From NCBI GenBank assembly GCA_035303165.1, contig DATGRY010000117.1, forward strand, positions 2,002-66,001: a DNA stretch of 64,000 nt. Reading direction: 5' to 3'. Numbering within the stretch: position 1 is the stretch's first letter; each line of letters starts with the position of its first letter. The DNA is from Pseudogracilibacillus sp. (GTDB taxonomy: Bacteria; Bacillota; Bacilli; Bacillales; Amphibacillaceae). Of the stretch, positions 20,659 to 30,427 are shown piece by piece. Under the pieces are notes generated by a model that saw only the letters and a program-made list of their open reading frames with translations, ran no database searches and was not told the DNA's origin. Made by a program: the position numbers and the translations under genes.

Positions 20659-21144
20659 TTAAAACGGCAAATCATCATCAGAAATGTCAATTTGCTCGCC
20701 ATCCTGTTGGAATGGACTATCGGACATTTCACCACTCGGCTGTGCTGCTTGTTTGGGAGGTTGTTGGTGTTGATATGAATCGTTCGGAGGCATGCTTGCA
20801 TCCCCGCGCTGTTGTTGTGAAGCTCCTCTAGGCTCTAAAAATTGTACACTTTCAGCCAACACCTCAGTAACGTAGACCATATTTCCTTCTTGGTTTTCAT
20901 AGGATCTCGTTTGTACACGCCCATCTACACCGATTAAACTACCCTTTTTCATATAGTGGGCTAAATTTTCAGCTTGTTTACGCCAGACAACACAATTAAT
21001 AAAATCGGCTTCTTGTTCGCCCTGTTGATTGCGAAAAGGACGATTCACTGCAACGTTAAAATTAGCGACAGCTATTCCGCTTGCCGTATAGCGTAAATCG
21101 GGATCTCTCGTAAGCCTTCCAACTAAAACGACTCTATTCAACAC
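20659..21144 (-). CDS. ssb: single-stranded DNA-binding protein
   Basis: The OB-fold N terminus is [21 protein letters not shown] Gln/Pro-rich linker leads to the acidic tip DDDLPF. Confidence 0.95.
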   Translation of the reverse strand: MLNRVVLVGRLTRDPDLRYTASGIAVANFNVAVNRPFRNQQGEQEADFINCVVWRKQAENLAHYMKKGSLIGVDGRVQTRSYENQEGNMVYVTEVLAESVQFLEPRGASQQQRGDASMPPNDSYQHQQPPKQAAQPSGEMSDSPFQQDGEQIDISDDDLPF

Positions 21145-21159
21145 GTATCACTCCTTTTA

Positions 21160-21450
21160 TTATTGTTCGTCTAAACGAACTGCCATGTGGCGAATGATGT
21201 CGTCTGAAAACTTTGCTTGACGATCAAATTCGTTCACTGCATTAGAATCACCTTTGAAATTAATCACAACGTAATATCCATCACGGTAGTTTTCAATTTC
21301 GTACGCTAAGCGACGTGACCCTACTTCATCTACTTTTTCAACTTCTGCTCCGTTATCTGTTAAAATTGTTGAAAAGCGCTCCACTAACTCGTTACGCGCT
21401 TCCTCCTCCAGATCCGGGCGAATGATGTACATAATTTCGTAGTCTCTCAC
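21160..21450 (-). CDS. rpsF: 30S ribosomal protein S6
   Basis: The sequence RDYEIMYIIRP...RRLAYEI...DDIIRHM is present. The start was set at the GTG 8 nt after GGAGG, because the ORF-track start lies inside the RBS. Confidence 0.93.
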   Translation of the reverse strand: MRDYEIMYIIRPDLEEEARNELVERFSTILTDNGAEVEKVDEVGSRRLAYEIENYRDGYYVVINFKGDSNAVNEFDRQAKFSDDIIRHMAVRLDEQ

Positions 21451-21537
21451 CCTACACACCTCCTTTTGGTCTATGCGGCCCTACATTCCTTCATGAGGGC
21501 AAGGAGTAACTTTCATTACTCACAGAGAGATATTATA
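21451..21537 (-). promoter_or_regulatory. rpsF promoter (extended -10 TGATATAAT) and about 75-nt structured leader
   Basis: On the minus strand the -10 TATAAT is at 21537-21532. The leader contains the hairpins GAGTAA..TTACTC and GCCCT..AGGGC. I could not verify by eye whether it matches the described S6:S18-binding rpsF leader. Confidence 0.4.
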
Positions 21538-21586
21538 TCAAATTTTCCATTAGAAAGAAACTGTTTTATATGCCCCGTTTTACGCT

Positions 21587-22687
21587 TTATACATTAAATC
21601 GGAAGTGAATGACATCGCCGTCTTGCACTAAATAATCTTTACCCTCTAATCTGATTTTTCCATTTTCCCGGGCTCCAGCCATCGAGCCTGCTTCCATTAA
21701 ATCGTCATAAGAAACTGTCTCAGCCCGGATGAAGCCACGTTCAAAATCGGTATGAATAATTCCTGCCGCTTGTGGTGCTGTCATTCCCTTCCGAAATGTC
21801 CAAGCACGAACTTCTTTTTCACCAGCTGTAAAATATGTTGCTAATCCTAATAAATCGTAAGAAGCTTTAATTAATTTATCTAAACCAGATTCATCTATTC
21901 CTAATTCCTCTAAAAACATTTCTTTTTCATCTTGATCTAACTGAGCAATTTCTTCTTCAATTTTCGCACTAACTACGATTACTTCTGCCTCTTCATCTGT
22001 TGCATATTCGCTTACTTGTTTTACTAATTCATTTTCTTCCGCCTCTGTAATTTCATCTTCTGCGACATTCGCTACATATAATACAGGTTTAGCTGTTAAT
22101 AAATGTAATTGGCGTGCAATCTTTTTTTGTTCATCTGTTAATGATACATTTCGAACTGGTTGTTCGTTTTCTAACGCTTCTTTAATCTTTTTCATTACTT
22201 CATATTCTGTTACAGCTTCTTTATCTTTTTGACGAGCCATTTTTTCTACACGATCGTAGCGACGATTCACCGTTTCTAAGTCAGCTAGTATTAATTCAAG
22301 ATTGATCGTTTCAATATCATCAATTGGATCAACTTTTCCAGAAACGTGTGTTATATTTCCATCTTCAAAGCAACGAACGACGTGACAAATTGCATCCACT
22401 TGGCGAATATGTGATAGAAACTGGTTACCTAACCCTTCTCCCTCACTTGCCCCTTTTACAATCCCCGCTATATCTGTAAATTCAAACGCGGTTGGTACTG
22501 TTTTTTGCGGTTTTACCACTTCTGTTAATTTTTCCAACCGCTCATCGGGAACTTCAACAATACCTACGTTTGGGTCTATCGTACAAAACGGATAGTTTTC
22601 TGCCTCTGCACCTGCTTTTGTAATTGCGTTAAATAACGTCGATTTCCCGACGTTTGGAAGACCAACGATTCCTGCTGTTAATGACAT
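21587..22687 (-). CDS. ychF: ribosome-binding ATPase YchF (YyaF)
   Basis: The P-loop GIVGLPNVGKSTLFNA and the TGS-like C terminus are present. The start was set at MSLTAG after RBS AGGAGTGG. Confidence 0.95.
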   Translation of the reverse strand: MSLTAGIVGLPNVGKSTLFNAITKAGAEAENYPFCTIDPNVGIVEVPDERLEKLTEVVKPQKTVPTAFEFTDIAGIVKGASEGEGLGNQFLSHIRQVDAICHVVRCFEDGNITHVSGKVDPIDDIETINLELILADLETVNRRYDRVEKMARQKDKEAVTEYEVMKKIKEALENEQPVRNVSLTDEQKKIARQLHLLTAKPVLYVANVAEDEITEAEENELVKQVSEYATDEEAEVIVVSAKIEEEIAQLDQDEKEMFLEELGIDESGLDKLIKASYDLLGLATYFTAGEKEVRAWTFRKGMTAPQAAGIIHTDFERGFIRAETVSYDDLMEAGSMAGARENGKIRLEGKDYLVQDGDVIHFRFNV

Positions 22688-22849
22688 GAATATTTCCACT
22701 CCTACGTTAATAGCTCTTTTAAGCTACTTGTATTATAGACCTTCTTTTACGTATACACAAATTGTTATATTTTAATAATTCTAGCTTACAATTTGCTCAT
22801 TTTGTTTGTTTATATTATGTATTTACTAAATTTCATTTAAATTTGTATA

Positions 22850-23062
22850 CTAATTTTTTTCTTCTGCATCAGATATTACTTTTTTTAATTTCTTTTGAAA
22901 TTCATTTCTCGGAATGAGAACACTTCGATCACACCCTAAACATTTAATTCGAATATCCATTCCCATGCGAATTATTTTCCATTTATTTTCACCACAAGGA
23001 TGTGGTTTCTTCATTTCAACAATGTCATTTAAAGAAAATTTTTTCTGTTGCACACTGTTCAC
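22850..23062 (-). CDS. DUF951 family small protein (YyzM-like)
   Basis: The core reads DIVEMKKPHPCGENKWKIIRMGMDIRIKCLGCDRSVLIPR. The long ORF-track N terminus is not homologous. The start is one of two GTGs (23062 or 23053) near the RBS GAAGAGG. Confidence 0.7.
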   Translation of the reverse strand: MNSVQQKKFSLNDIVEMKKPHPCGENKWKIIRMGMDIRIKCLGCDRSVLIPRNEFQKKLKKVISDAEEKN

Positions 23063-23143
23063 CTCTTCTATTTCTTCGTGTATATATGTATATTGTTTTT
23101 CTTTCGAACGTATACTAATAAAAATATGTAGAGAGGGATTCGC

Positions 23144-23737
23144 ATGAATAACACGGTGAAAGATTCTGAAATTAGTACTTTTCATTATAAAGACAAACAC
23201 GTATTACACAAGATTGTTCAATCGATCATTAATGAGTTACCTAGCGATACTCGTAATATTGTCGTACTTTGTATCGGAACGGATCGTTCCACAGGTGATT
23301 CTTTAGGCCCATTAACTGGTATGCTTTTTTCAAAGCTAGCTCCTAAATCGTTACGTCCAATAGGTACGTTACATGAACCTGTACACGCTATTAATTTAGA
23401 AGATACAATACATGACGTTAATAAAACATTTAACAAACCTTTTGTTATAGCAATCGATGCGTCTTTAGGTAAACATACTTCAATCGGTCATATTATCGTC
23501 CAAAAGGGTTCCCTTTATCCTGGTTCTGCATTTAACAAAGACTTACCTTCCGTTGGCGATATTTCTATAACCGGTGTCGTTAATATGAGTGGGTTTATGG
23601 ACTTCTCCGTGTTACAAAGTACGCGTTTATCCCTCGTACATGATATGGCTTATTTGTTAGCACAAAGTTTATATTGTGTCGACGTTTGGCTATATAAAAA
23701 TAAAAAAGGAGCACCGTACAATCGTTTTTTAAGCTAA
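23144..23737 (+). CDS. yyaC: spore protease YyaC
   Basis: The motif VVLCIGTDRSTGDSLGPLTG is present and the gene lies near spo0J. Confidence 0.85.
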   Translation: MNNTVKDSEISTFHYKDKHVLHKIVQSIINELPSDTRNIVVLCIGTDRSTGDSLGPLTGMLFSKLAPKSLRPIGTLHEPVHAINLEDTIHDVNKTFNKPFVIAIDASLGKHTSIGHIIVQKGSLYPGSAFNKDLPSVGDISITGVVNMSGFMDFSVLQSTRLSLVHDMAYLLAQSLYCVDVWLYKNKKGAPYNRFLS

Positions 23738-23739
23738 TG

Positions 23740-24444
23740 TTAAAACAATTGTAGCGTTACGATAAATATTATGACAGTAACTAATGACGGTAATAAATTC
23801 GTTACCCGTATTGTCGTTAGTTTTAATATATTTAGACCTATTGCAATAATTAATAAGCCTCCTACTGCTGTAATGTTATTCAAAATCTGTTCGAATAACA
23901 CGTCTGGTATAAGTTTTTCTATTTGTGTTGCTAATAAGGCGATAGCTCCTTGAAAGATGACAACTGGGATTGCGGAGAAAATAACCCCTACTCCGAGAGT
24001 TGTTGTAAGAACGAAAGATGTAAATCCGTCCAAGACAGATTTTGTATATAATAATTCATGTTCACCTCGCAAGCCACTATCTAATGCTCCTAATATTGCC
24101 ATTGCGCCGACAGAAAAAAGAAGGGATGCGGTGACGAATGCTTGGGCAATGTTTGTATTACTTTCTTTCATGGCGAAACGGTTGGCTACCCACGTTCCGA
24201 TTTTGTTTAAACCTTTTTCGAGATCTAACAATTCACCGATTATGGCACCCGTTAAAATACTTAATAAAATAATGATTACTGATTGTACTTGTAATGCCAT
24301 CTGAATACCGATTAAAATTGCTGTTAACGCTATTCCTTGTGTAATCGTTTCTTTATATTTTTCATTTATATTCGTTAAAAATGTACCGATGAGCGTTCCG
24401 ACAATAATACAAATTCCATTTACGATCGTTCCTAACAATACCAT
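23740..24444 (-). CDS. DUF554 family membrane protein
   Basis: The N terminus MVLLGTIVNGICIIVGTLIG and the polytopic profile fit the family. The start was set at the ATG 7 nt after GAGG. Confidence 0.75.
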   Translation of the reverse strand: MVLLGTIVNGICIIVGTLIGTFLTNINEKYKETITQGIALTAILIGIQMALQVQSVIIILLSILTGAIIGELLDLEKGLNKIGTWVANRFAMKESNTNIAQAFVTASLLFSVGAMAILGALDSGLRGEHELLYTKSVLDGFTSFVLTTTLGVGVIFSAIPVVIFQGAIALLATQIEKLIPDVLFEQILNNITAVGGLLIIAIGLNILKLTTIRVTNLLPSLVTVIIFIVTLQLF

Positions 24445-24477
24445 TTGCAAGCCTCATTCGTTATTTTTTGTAAAAAA

Positions 24478-24503
24478 CAGATTGTTTCACGTGAAACAAT
24501 CTG
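24478..24503. other. parS centromere-like site inside a 26-bp perfect palindrome that also forms the spo0J terminator hairpin
   Basis: TGTTTCACGTGAAACA at 24483-24498 matches the Bacillus parS consensus. The palindrome CAGATTGTTTCACGTGAAACAATCTG is followed by TTTTTT on the minus strand. Confidence 0.8.
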
Positions 24504-24517
24504 AAGTTCTTTTTTAT

Positions 24518-25357
24518 TTATTTTAATAAATTAAGAAATTGCTCTAAATCTTCATTTGAATAAAAATCAATTTCTATTTTCCCTTTATGTTTACCTTTAT
24601 GAATTTTCACATTCGTTCCGAGAGCTTCCCTTAATTTAACTTCATACTGCTTTATATATATATCTTTTTCATCTTTCCTCTTTTTCTTTTTCGGTTCATT
24701 TTTATTTAATTCCGTTATTAACTTCTCTACTTGGCGGACGTTAAGATGTTCGCGTTTTATTTTCCTTACAACTGTTTGTATCATTTCTTTCTTTTTAAGT
24801 CCAAGCAATGCACGGGCATGTCCCATAGACAATTCTCCATTATTAACAGATTGAACGATATTATCCGGTAACAACAATAAACGCATCATATTAGCAATAT
24901 GTGAGCGGCTTTTTCCAATCCGTTTCGAAAGTTCTTCCTGTGTTAAATGAAGTTCTTCGATTAACCTTTTATATGCAACGGCTTCTTCAATAATCGTTAA
25001 GTCTTCTCTTTGTAAGTTTTCTAATAACGCTATTTCCATCATTTTTTCATCGTTGTAATCTTTTACGATCGCCGGTACTTCTTTAAGACCTGCTTCTTTT
25101 GCCGCGCGAAAACGTCTTTCACCAGCAACTATTTCATACCCTTTAATACTGCGTCTTACGATTAATGGTTGGATTATTCCATATTGTAAAATAGATGCTT
25201 TTAATTCTTCAATGGAATCAGCGTCGAATGTCTTTCTCGGTTGATAAGGGTTTGGACGACAAGCATCGATTGCAATTTGTTCCACAGATTGTTCATCTTC
25301 GGTCGTTTCATATTCCGTAAATAGTGCATTTAAACCTTTACCTAACCGTTTCGCCAA
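24518..25357 (-). CDS. spo0J: chromosome partitioning protein Spo0J (ParB)
   Basis: The ParB box GERRFRAAKEAG and an HTH are present, along with the N terminus MAKRLGKGLNALF. TTG start, overlapping the soj 3' end by 20 nt. Confidence 0.93.
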   Translation of the reverse strand: MAKRLGKGLNALFTEYETTEDEQSVEQIAIDACRPNPYQPRKTFDADSIEELKASILQYGIIQPLIVRRSIKGYEIVAGERRFRAAKEAGLKEVPAIVKDYNDEKMMEIALLENLQREDLTIIEEAVAYKRLIEELHLTQEELSKRIGKSRSHIANMMRLLLLPDNIVQSVNNGELSMGHARALLGLKKKEMIQTVVRKIKREHLNVRQVEKLITELNKNEPKKKKRKDEKDIYIKQYEVKLREALGTNVKIHKGKHKGKIEIDFYSNEDLEQFLNLLK

Positions 25358-26111
25358 CTTCCATCACTTCCTTTGCTAATTCAAGGTACACTTCTGCCCC
25401 TTTAGATTTTGGATCATAAATTGTAATCGGTTTTCCGTGACTCGGTGCCTCTCCTAGTCGAACGTTACGCGGTATAATCGATTTGTATACTTTATCTTGG
25501 AAATACATTTTCACTTCATCAATAACTTGAATGCCTAAGTTCGTTCTCGCATCTAACATCGTTAATAAAACTCCTTCGATCATTAATTGTTTATTTAAAT
25601 GTTTTTGCACGAGACGAATTGTATTTAATAATTGACTTAAACCCTCAAGCGCATAATATTCACACTGTACAGGAATTAGTACACTGTCAGCAGCCGTTAG
25701 AGCGTTAATAGTTAATAAACCAAGTGACGGCGGACAGTCGATCAAAATATAATCATATTCATCTTTTATTTTATCTAACGCTTTTTTTAATTTTATTTCT
25801 CTTGAAATTGTAGGTACTAACTCAATTTCCGCACCAGCTAGTTGAATCGTTGCAGGTATAATAGATAAATTGTCTACTTCTGTAGGTACACAAACTTCCG
25901 CTGCATCTAATCCGTTAACGATAACATCATAAACACATTCGTTCATATCCCCTTTATTAATACCCACACCACTCGTTGCGTTACCTTGTGGATCTATATC
26001 TACTAGAAGAACTTTTTCTCCTAATAATGCTAAACTTGCACCCAAATTTACAGTCGATGTCGTTTTACCAACGCCACCTTTTTGATTCGTGATCGCTATT
26101 ATTTTTCCCAT
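25338..26111 (-). CDS. soj: chromosome partitioning ATPase Soj (ParA)
   Basis: The deviant Walker A is NQKGGVGKTT. Length and position fit soj. Confidence 0.95.
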   Translation of the reverse strand: MGKIIAITNQKGGVGKTTSTVNLGASLALLGEKVLLVDIDPQGNATSGVGINKGDMNECVYDVIVNGLDAAEVCVPTEVDNLSIIPATIQLAGAEIELVPTISREIKLKKALDKIKDEYDYILIDCPPSLGLLTINALTAADSVLIPVQCEYYALEGLSQLLNTIRLVQKHLNKQLMIEGVLLTMLDARTNLGIQVIDEVKMYFQDKVYKSIIPRNVRLGEAPSHGKPITIYDPKSKGAEVYLELAKEVMEVGETVR

Positions 26112-26146
26112 TATGCACCCACCTTATGTCGAGCTTAAATATATGT

Positions 26147-26986
26147 TTATTTTTTTACGCGAATCGTAATTTGATAGTAATCGTCTAAATCTTCTTCTTC
26201 TGATTCCACTGCTACACCAGTTTGTTCGATTAACTTTAAAGAACGTTTAATCGTATTCGTTACAATACGAATATCCTTACTAACGATTTGACGTTTCTGT
26301 TTTCGTTTCGGTTTTTTCTTAGCTTTCATTAAAAACTTTTCTATTGCGGACTCTGTTTCTCTTACAGTAAGCTGTTTTTCAATTATTTCATGTAGAAACT
26401 TAATTTGTAACGTTTCTTCTTTTAGCTTCATAAGCGCACGTGCATGTCTTTCTGAAATTTGTTTTTCTAACAACTTTTGCTGTACTTCTTCTGGTAATGT
26501 TAATAGACGAAGTCGGTTTGCAATCGTTGATTGACTTTTACCTAGACGTTGCGCTAATGCTTCCTGAGTTAATGAATGCATTTCTAGTAATTTTTCGTAT
26601 GCTCTTGCCTCTTCGATTACAGACAGTTCTTCCCTTTGAATATTTTCTATTAAGGCAATAGATGCTGTTTCTGTGTCATTTAAATTACGAACAATTACGG
26701 ATATTGTTTCCCAACCAAGATGTTTTGCGGCGCGTAAACGACGTTCCCCTGCAATAAGTTCGTATTTATCTTCCTCTATCTTCCGAACGACAATCGGTTG
26801 AATCATTCCGTGAGTATGTATCGTACGTGCTAATTCTTCTATTTTTTCTTCATCGAAATTCGTTCTAGGTTGATATGTATTTGGAATAATTTGCTTTACT
26901 TGTATTTCTACGACATTTTCATGTTCTTCGGAAGATAAATCTTTATCTTTACCTCCTGTAAAGATACGATTAAACGACTGTAACAT
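26147..26986 (-). CDS. noc: nucleoid occlusion protein Noc (ParB paralogue)
   Basis: It aligns closely with B. subtilis Noc as I recall it (QPRT.F...[30 protein letters not shown]). The start was set at MLQSFNRIF, 9 nt after AAAGGTG. Confidence 0.9.
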   Translation of the reverse strand: MLQSFNRIFTGGKDKDLSSEEHENVVEIQVKQIIPNTYQPRTNFDEEKIEELARTIHTHGMIQPIVVRKIEEDKYELIAGERRLRAAKHLGWETISVIVRNLNDTETASIALIENIQREELSVIEEARAYEKLLEMHSLTQEALAQRLGKSQSTIANRLRLLTLPEEVQQKLLEKQISERHARALMKLKEETLQIKFLHEIIEKQLTVRETESAIEKFLMKAKKKPKRKQKRQIVSKDIRIVTNTIKRSLKLIEQTGVAVESEEEDLDDYYQITIRVKK

Positions 26987-27019
26987 AATAAACATCACCT
27001 TTTTAATATTATTTCAAAT

Positions 27020-27035
27020 TGTTCCACGTGAAACA
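27020..27035. other. parS site between rsmG and noc
   Basis: TGTTCCACGTGAAACA is an exact match to the B. subtilis parS consensus as I recall it. Confidence 0.8.
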
Positions 27036-27153
27036 ATTCATTTTAGGAAAGGGTTTTTTAGAGGCAAATGAAATAAACTTAACATATGTATGTTAAGTTT
27101 ATCATAAATTTACAATAAAAAATACGATACTTGCCTTTATATTTTGTTTTTTC

Positions 27154-27870
27154 TTAAACAATTGGAAACTTTGCAGGTGTTCCTGGCTTTCGAGGATATT
27201 TCTTTCGCGTCTGTTTTACCTTCTTTATATGAACGATTGAACGTTCACTTGCTTCTACAGGTAGTGTAAATGAAAACGTCGTTTCAAGCTTACCACCTAA
27301 TACATTGATTGCTTTTTGTGCACGTTTTACCTCTTCATTTACATTCGCCCCTTTTAAAGCGAGAAACGAACCATGTAATTTACAAAGTGGTATACAATAT
27401 TCACACAATACAGCTAAATTAGCAACAGCTCTCGCTGTCACTAGGTCGAAAGACTCTCTATATTGTTCCATTTGTCCAAATTGCTCAGCCCGAGCATGTA
27501 CTAGATGTACATCTTTTAATTGCAACTCACTCACGAGTTGTTCGAGAAAATGGATCCTTTTTTTTAAAGAATCAACGATCGTAACTTGTAAATGAGGAAA
27601 ACATATTTTTAACGGAATACTCGGAAATCCTGCTCCTGCACCTACATCACATATATTTTGTATTGCATGTATATCAATGTAAGAACTTGGAGTAATAGAA
27701 TCATAAAAATGTTTTAAATATACTTCATTTTTTTCCGTTATTGCGGTTAAGTTCATTTTTTTATTCCAATTTACGAGCATGTCAAAATAAGTAGCAAACT
27801 GTCCTACTTGCCCGTCTGTTAACGTAATATCTCGTTTTTTTAAAGAATCGCGAAATAAAAATTCATTCAC
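27154..27870 (-). CDS. rsmG: 16S rRNA (guanine527-N7)-methyltransferase RsmG (GidB)
   Basis: The SAM motif [15 protein letters not shown] is present. GTG start, 8 nt after AAAGGAG. Confidence 0.93.
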   Translation of the reverse strand: MNEFLFRDSLKKRDITLTDGQVGQFATYFDMLVNWNKKMNLTAITEKNEVYLKHFYDSITPSSYIDIHAIQNICDVGAGAGFPSIPLKICFPHLQVTIVDSLKKRIHFLEQLVSELQLKDVHLVHARAEQFGQMEQYRESFDLVTARAVANLAVLCEYCIPLCKLHGSFLALKGANVNEEVKRAQKAINVLGGKLETTFSFTLPVEASERSIVHIKKVKQTRKKYPRKPGTPAKFPIV

Positions 27871-27902
27871 TTAATTTTCTCCTTTAAAACGTTCTTTCAT
27901 AT

Positions 27903-27943
27903 AGAAAATAAAGGCGAGGTATAAGAAGAATACGTACCTCGCC
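27903..27943 (-). terminator. intrinsic terminator immediately upstream of rsmG
   Basis: On the minus strand a 9-bp GC-rich stem GGCGAGGTA/TACCTCGCC is followed by TTTATTTT, about 35 nt before the rsmG RBS. Confidence 0.6.
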
Positions 27944-28006
27944 GCCCTAGTAATGTAAACTATATAGTTATTTTAATATATTCATCGTATCATATTTCAA
28001 AATGGT

Positions 28007-28159
28007 TTAAAACGATTTAACTTTGTTCAATTTACTAAATACTTCCCCAACCAAACTAGAGAATGTATCATACATCAATAATTGTACCTGTTCTTCAAAT
28101 TCAAATAAGTTATTTGTTTCCTTTAATATTTCATAAATTCTTGTTATAATACGTTCCAT
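28007..28159 (-). mobile_element. 50-codon relic resembling the N terminus of an ISLre2/UPF0236-family transposase
   Basis: The hand translation is MERIITRIYEILKETNNLFEFEEQVQLLMYDTFSSLVGEVFSKLNKVKSF*, with RBS AAAGAGG 7 nt upstream. It is below the ORF-track size cutoff. The family call is from a remembered N-terminal pattern only. Confidence 0.4.
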
Positions 28160-28491
28160 GAGAAGGCCTCTTTCTAAATGTATTTGCCCTAGTAAGCATA
28201 CATTTTATGATAGAGTGCCTTCTCTTTTTTGGCTAGTAAATAAGGTAAAAATATCCCCCGAGTAAAATATTACACATATACGATTGATAGATACATTTCG
28301 TGTTATTTAGCATATTTACCCATACAACCTTGTAAAAATTGTCTTACTTTAAAAATGTACTCGTTTTTTATTTTTTCAATTTAAACGTTACATAATTCCT
28401 ATATTCATACTCGCAAATTATCGCTTTGTTTTTACATGAACTAAATAACAATCTTATGAAATAATACGATAAGGAACAGTTTTTTTCGTTT

Positions 28492-30390
28492 CTAACTCGT
28501 TCTTTTTATATTCCCTTGCTCAATGTAGACGAGTAAGATTGAAATATCCGCTGGATTTACTCCAGATATACGCGATGCTTGACCAATTGAAAGTGGACGA
28601 ATTTCTTTAAGTTTTTCTTTCGCCTCTTGAGCTAAATTTGTAATGGAATCGTAATCAATGTTTTGCGGTATTTTTTTATCCTCCATCTTTCTCATCCGCT
28701 CGACTTGTTCCATCGCTTTCTTAATATAACCTTCGTATTTTATTTGAATTTCTACTTGTTCTTTTACATCTTTAGCTAAAGATGTTTTTCCAATCATTTT
28801 TTCGATTGATTGATACGTTAATTCTGGACGTTTTAGCAAATCATATGCACGAATTGCCTCTTTTAATCGTGAAGAATTTTCTTTTTCTAAAACTGTCTGA
28901 ACTTGTTCATCTACTTTAATAATGAAATCGTACAGACGTTTCTTTTCTTGCTCGATCGCTTCTAATTTTTCAAGATGTTTTTTATATCTCTCTTCTGAAA
29001 TTAAACCGATCTCATATCCTAATGGCGTTAATCGAATATCTGCATTGTCGTGACGTAAGAGTAAACGGTATTCAGCGCGTGACGTCAAGAGACGATATGG
29101 TTCACGTGTTCCTTTCGTTACCAAATCATCAATTAATACACCGATATAACTTTCAGATCGATCTAAAATAAACGGTTCTTTTCCTTGTACTTTTAAACTT
29201 GCATTAATTCCAGCAATAATTCCTTGACCCGCCGCTTCCTCGTAACCTGATGTGCCGTTTAGTTGCCCTGCTGTAAAAAGCCCACATACTTTTTTCGTTT
29301 CAAGCGATGGCCACAACTGTGTCGGAACGATCGAATCGTATTCAATCGCATAACCTGCTCGCATCATTTCTGCTTTTTCAAGTCCTGGAATCGTCCGTAA
29401 CATTTCATCTTGGATATGTTCCGGTAGCGATGTCGACATTCCTTGTACGTATACCTCTTCTGTATTTTTTCCTTCCGGTTCTAAAAAGATTTGGTGACGG
29501 GATTTATCGTGAAATCGAACAATTTTATCTTCGATCGAAGGACAATATCTAGGACCTGTTCCTTTCATCATGCCGGAGTACATCGAAGATGAATATAAAT
29601 TTTCATTTATTATTTCGTGTGTTTTCTCATTCGTATACGTTAGCCAACATGGGATTTGTTCTGTTTTAAACTCTGTCGTTTCATATGAAAAAGCTAATTT
29701 TCTATCATCACCTGGTTGTATATCTGTTTTCGAATAGTCGATCGAATCACTCTTAATCCGTGGTGGTGTGCCTGTACGAAAGCGAACGAGATCAAACCCA
29801 AGTTCCTCTAACTGTTCAGATAAATGAACGGAGACCCGTTGGTTATTCGGGCCACTTTCATACTCTAAATCACCGATTAATACCTTCCCACGCATAAACG
29901 TACCTGTTGTTACGACAACTGCATCTGCATAATATGCAGCATTTGTTTCAGTAATAACACCTTTACAAATACCATCTTCAACGATTAATTCATTCACCAT
30001 CGCTTGTTTTAACGTAATGTTTGGTTCATTTTCAATGAGACGTTTCATTTCTAAACTATACAATGCCTTATCTGCTTGTGCCCGTAAAGCCCGAACAGCT
30101 GGACCCTTTCCTGTATTAAGCATTCGCATTTGAATGTACGTTTTGTCAATTACTTTCCCCATTACACCGCCGAGCGCATCTACTTCACGAACGACAATTC
30201 CTTTAGCTGGTCCACCGATCGATGGATTACATGGCATGAACGCAATCATATCTAAATTTAACGTAAGCATTAACGTCTTCGAACCCATTTTTGCAGCTGC
30301 CATTGCTGCTTCACAACCAGCATGCCCGGCACCGATAACGATGACATCATAAGCACCTGCTTTATATATTTTTTTCTCCACAATTTTCAC
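28492..30390 (-). CDS. mnmG: tRNA uridine 5-carboxymethylaminomethyl modification enzyme MnmG (GidA)
   Basis: The FAD motif [15 protein letters not shown] is present and the 632-aa length fits the family. Confidence 0.96.
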   Translation of the reverse strand: MKIVEKKIYKAGAYDVIVIGAGHAGCEAAMAAAKMGSKTLMLTLNLDMIAFMPCNPSIGGPAKGIVVREVDALGGVMGKVIDKTYIQMRMLNTGKGPAVRALRAQADKALYSLEMKRLIENEPNITLKQAMVNELIVEDGICKGVITETNAAYYADAVVVTTGTFMRGKVLIGDLEYESGPNNQRVSVHLSEQLEELGFDLVRFRTGTPPRIKSDSIDYSKTDIQPGDDRKLAFSYETTEFKTEQIPCWLTYTNEKTHEIINENLYSSSMYSGMMKGTGPRYCPSIEDKIVRFHDKSRHQIFLEPEGKNTEEVYVQGMSTSLPEHIQDEMLRTIPGLEKAEMMRAGYAIEYDSIVPTQLWPSLETKKVCGLFTAGQLNGTSGYEEAAGQGIIAGINASLKVQGKEPFILDRSESYIGVLIDDLVTKGTREPYRLLTSRAEYRLLLRHDNADIRLTPLGYEIGLISEERYKKHLEKLEAIEQEKKRLYDFIIKVDEQVQTVLEKENSSRLKEAIRAYDLLKRPELTYQSIEKMIGKTSLAKDVKEQVEIQIKYEGYIKKAMEQVERMRKMEDKKIPQNIDYDSITNLAQEAKEKLKEIRPLSIGQASRISGVNPADISILLVYIEQGNIKRTS

Positions 30391-30427
30391 CCTTTCCTCT
30401 CTTTACCGTACCCACTTTTTATACTGT

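Noticed and set aside
21661-21680. An ATTTTCCCGGGCTCC stretch inside ychF, considered as a Noc-binding site.
   Set aside because: Only half of the ATTTCCCGGGAAAT palindrome is present.
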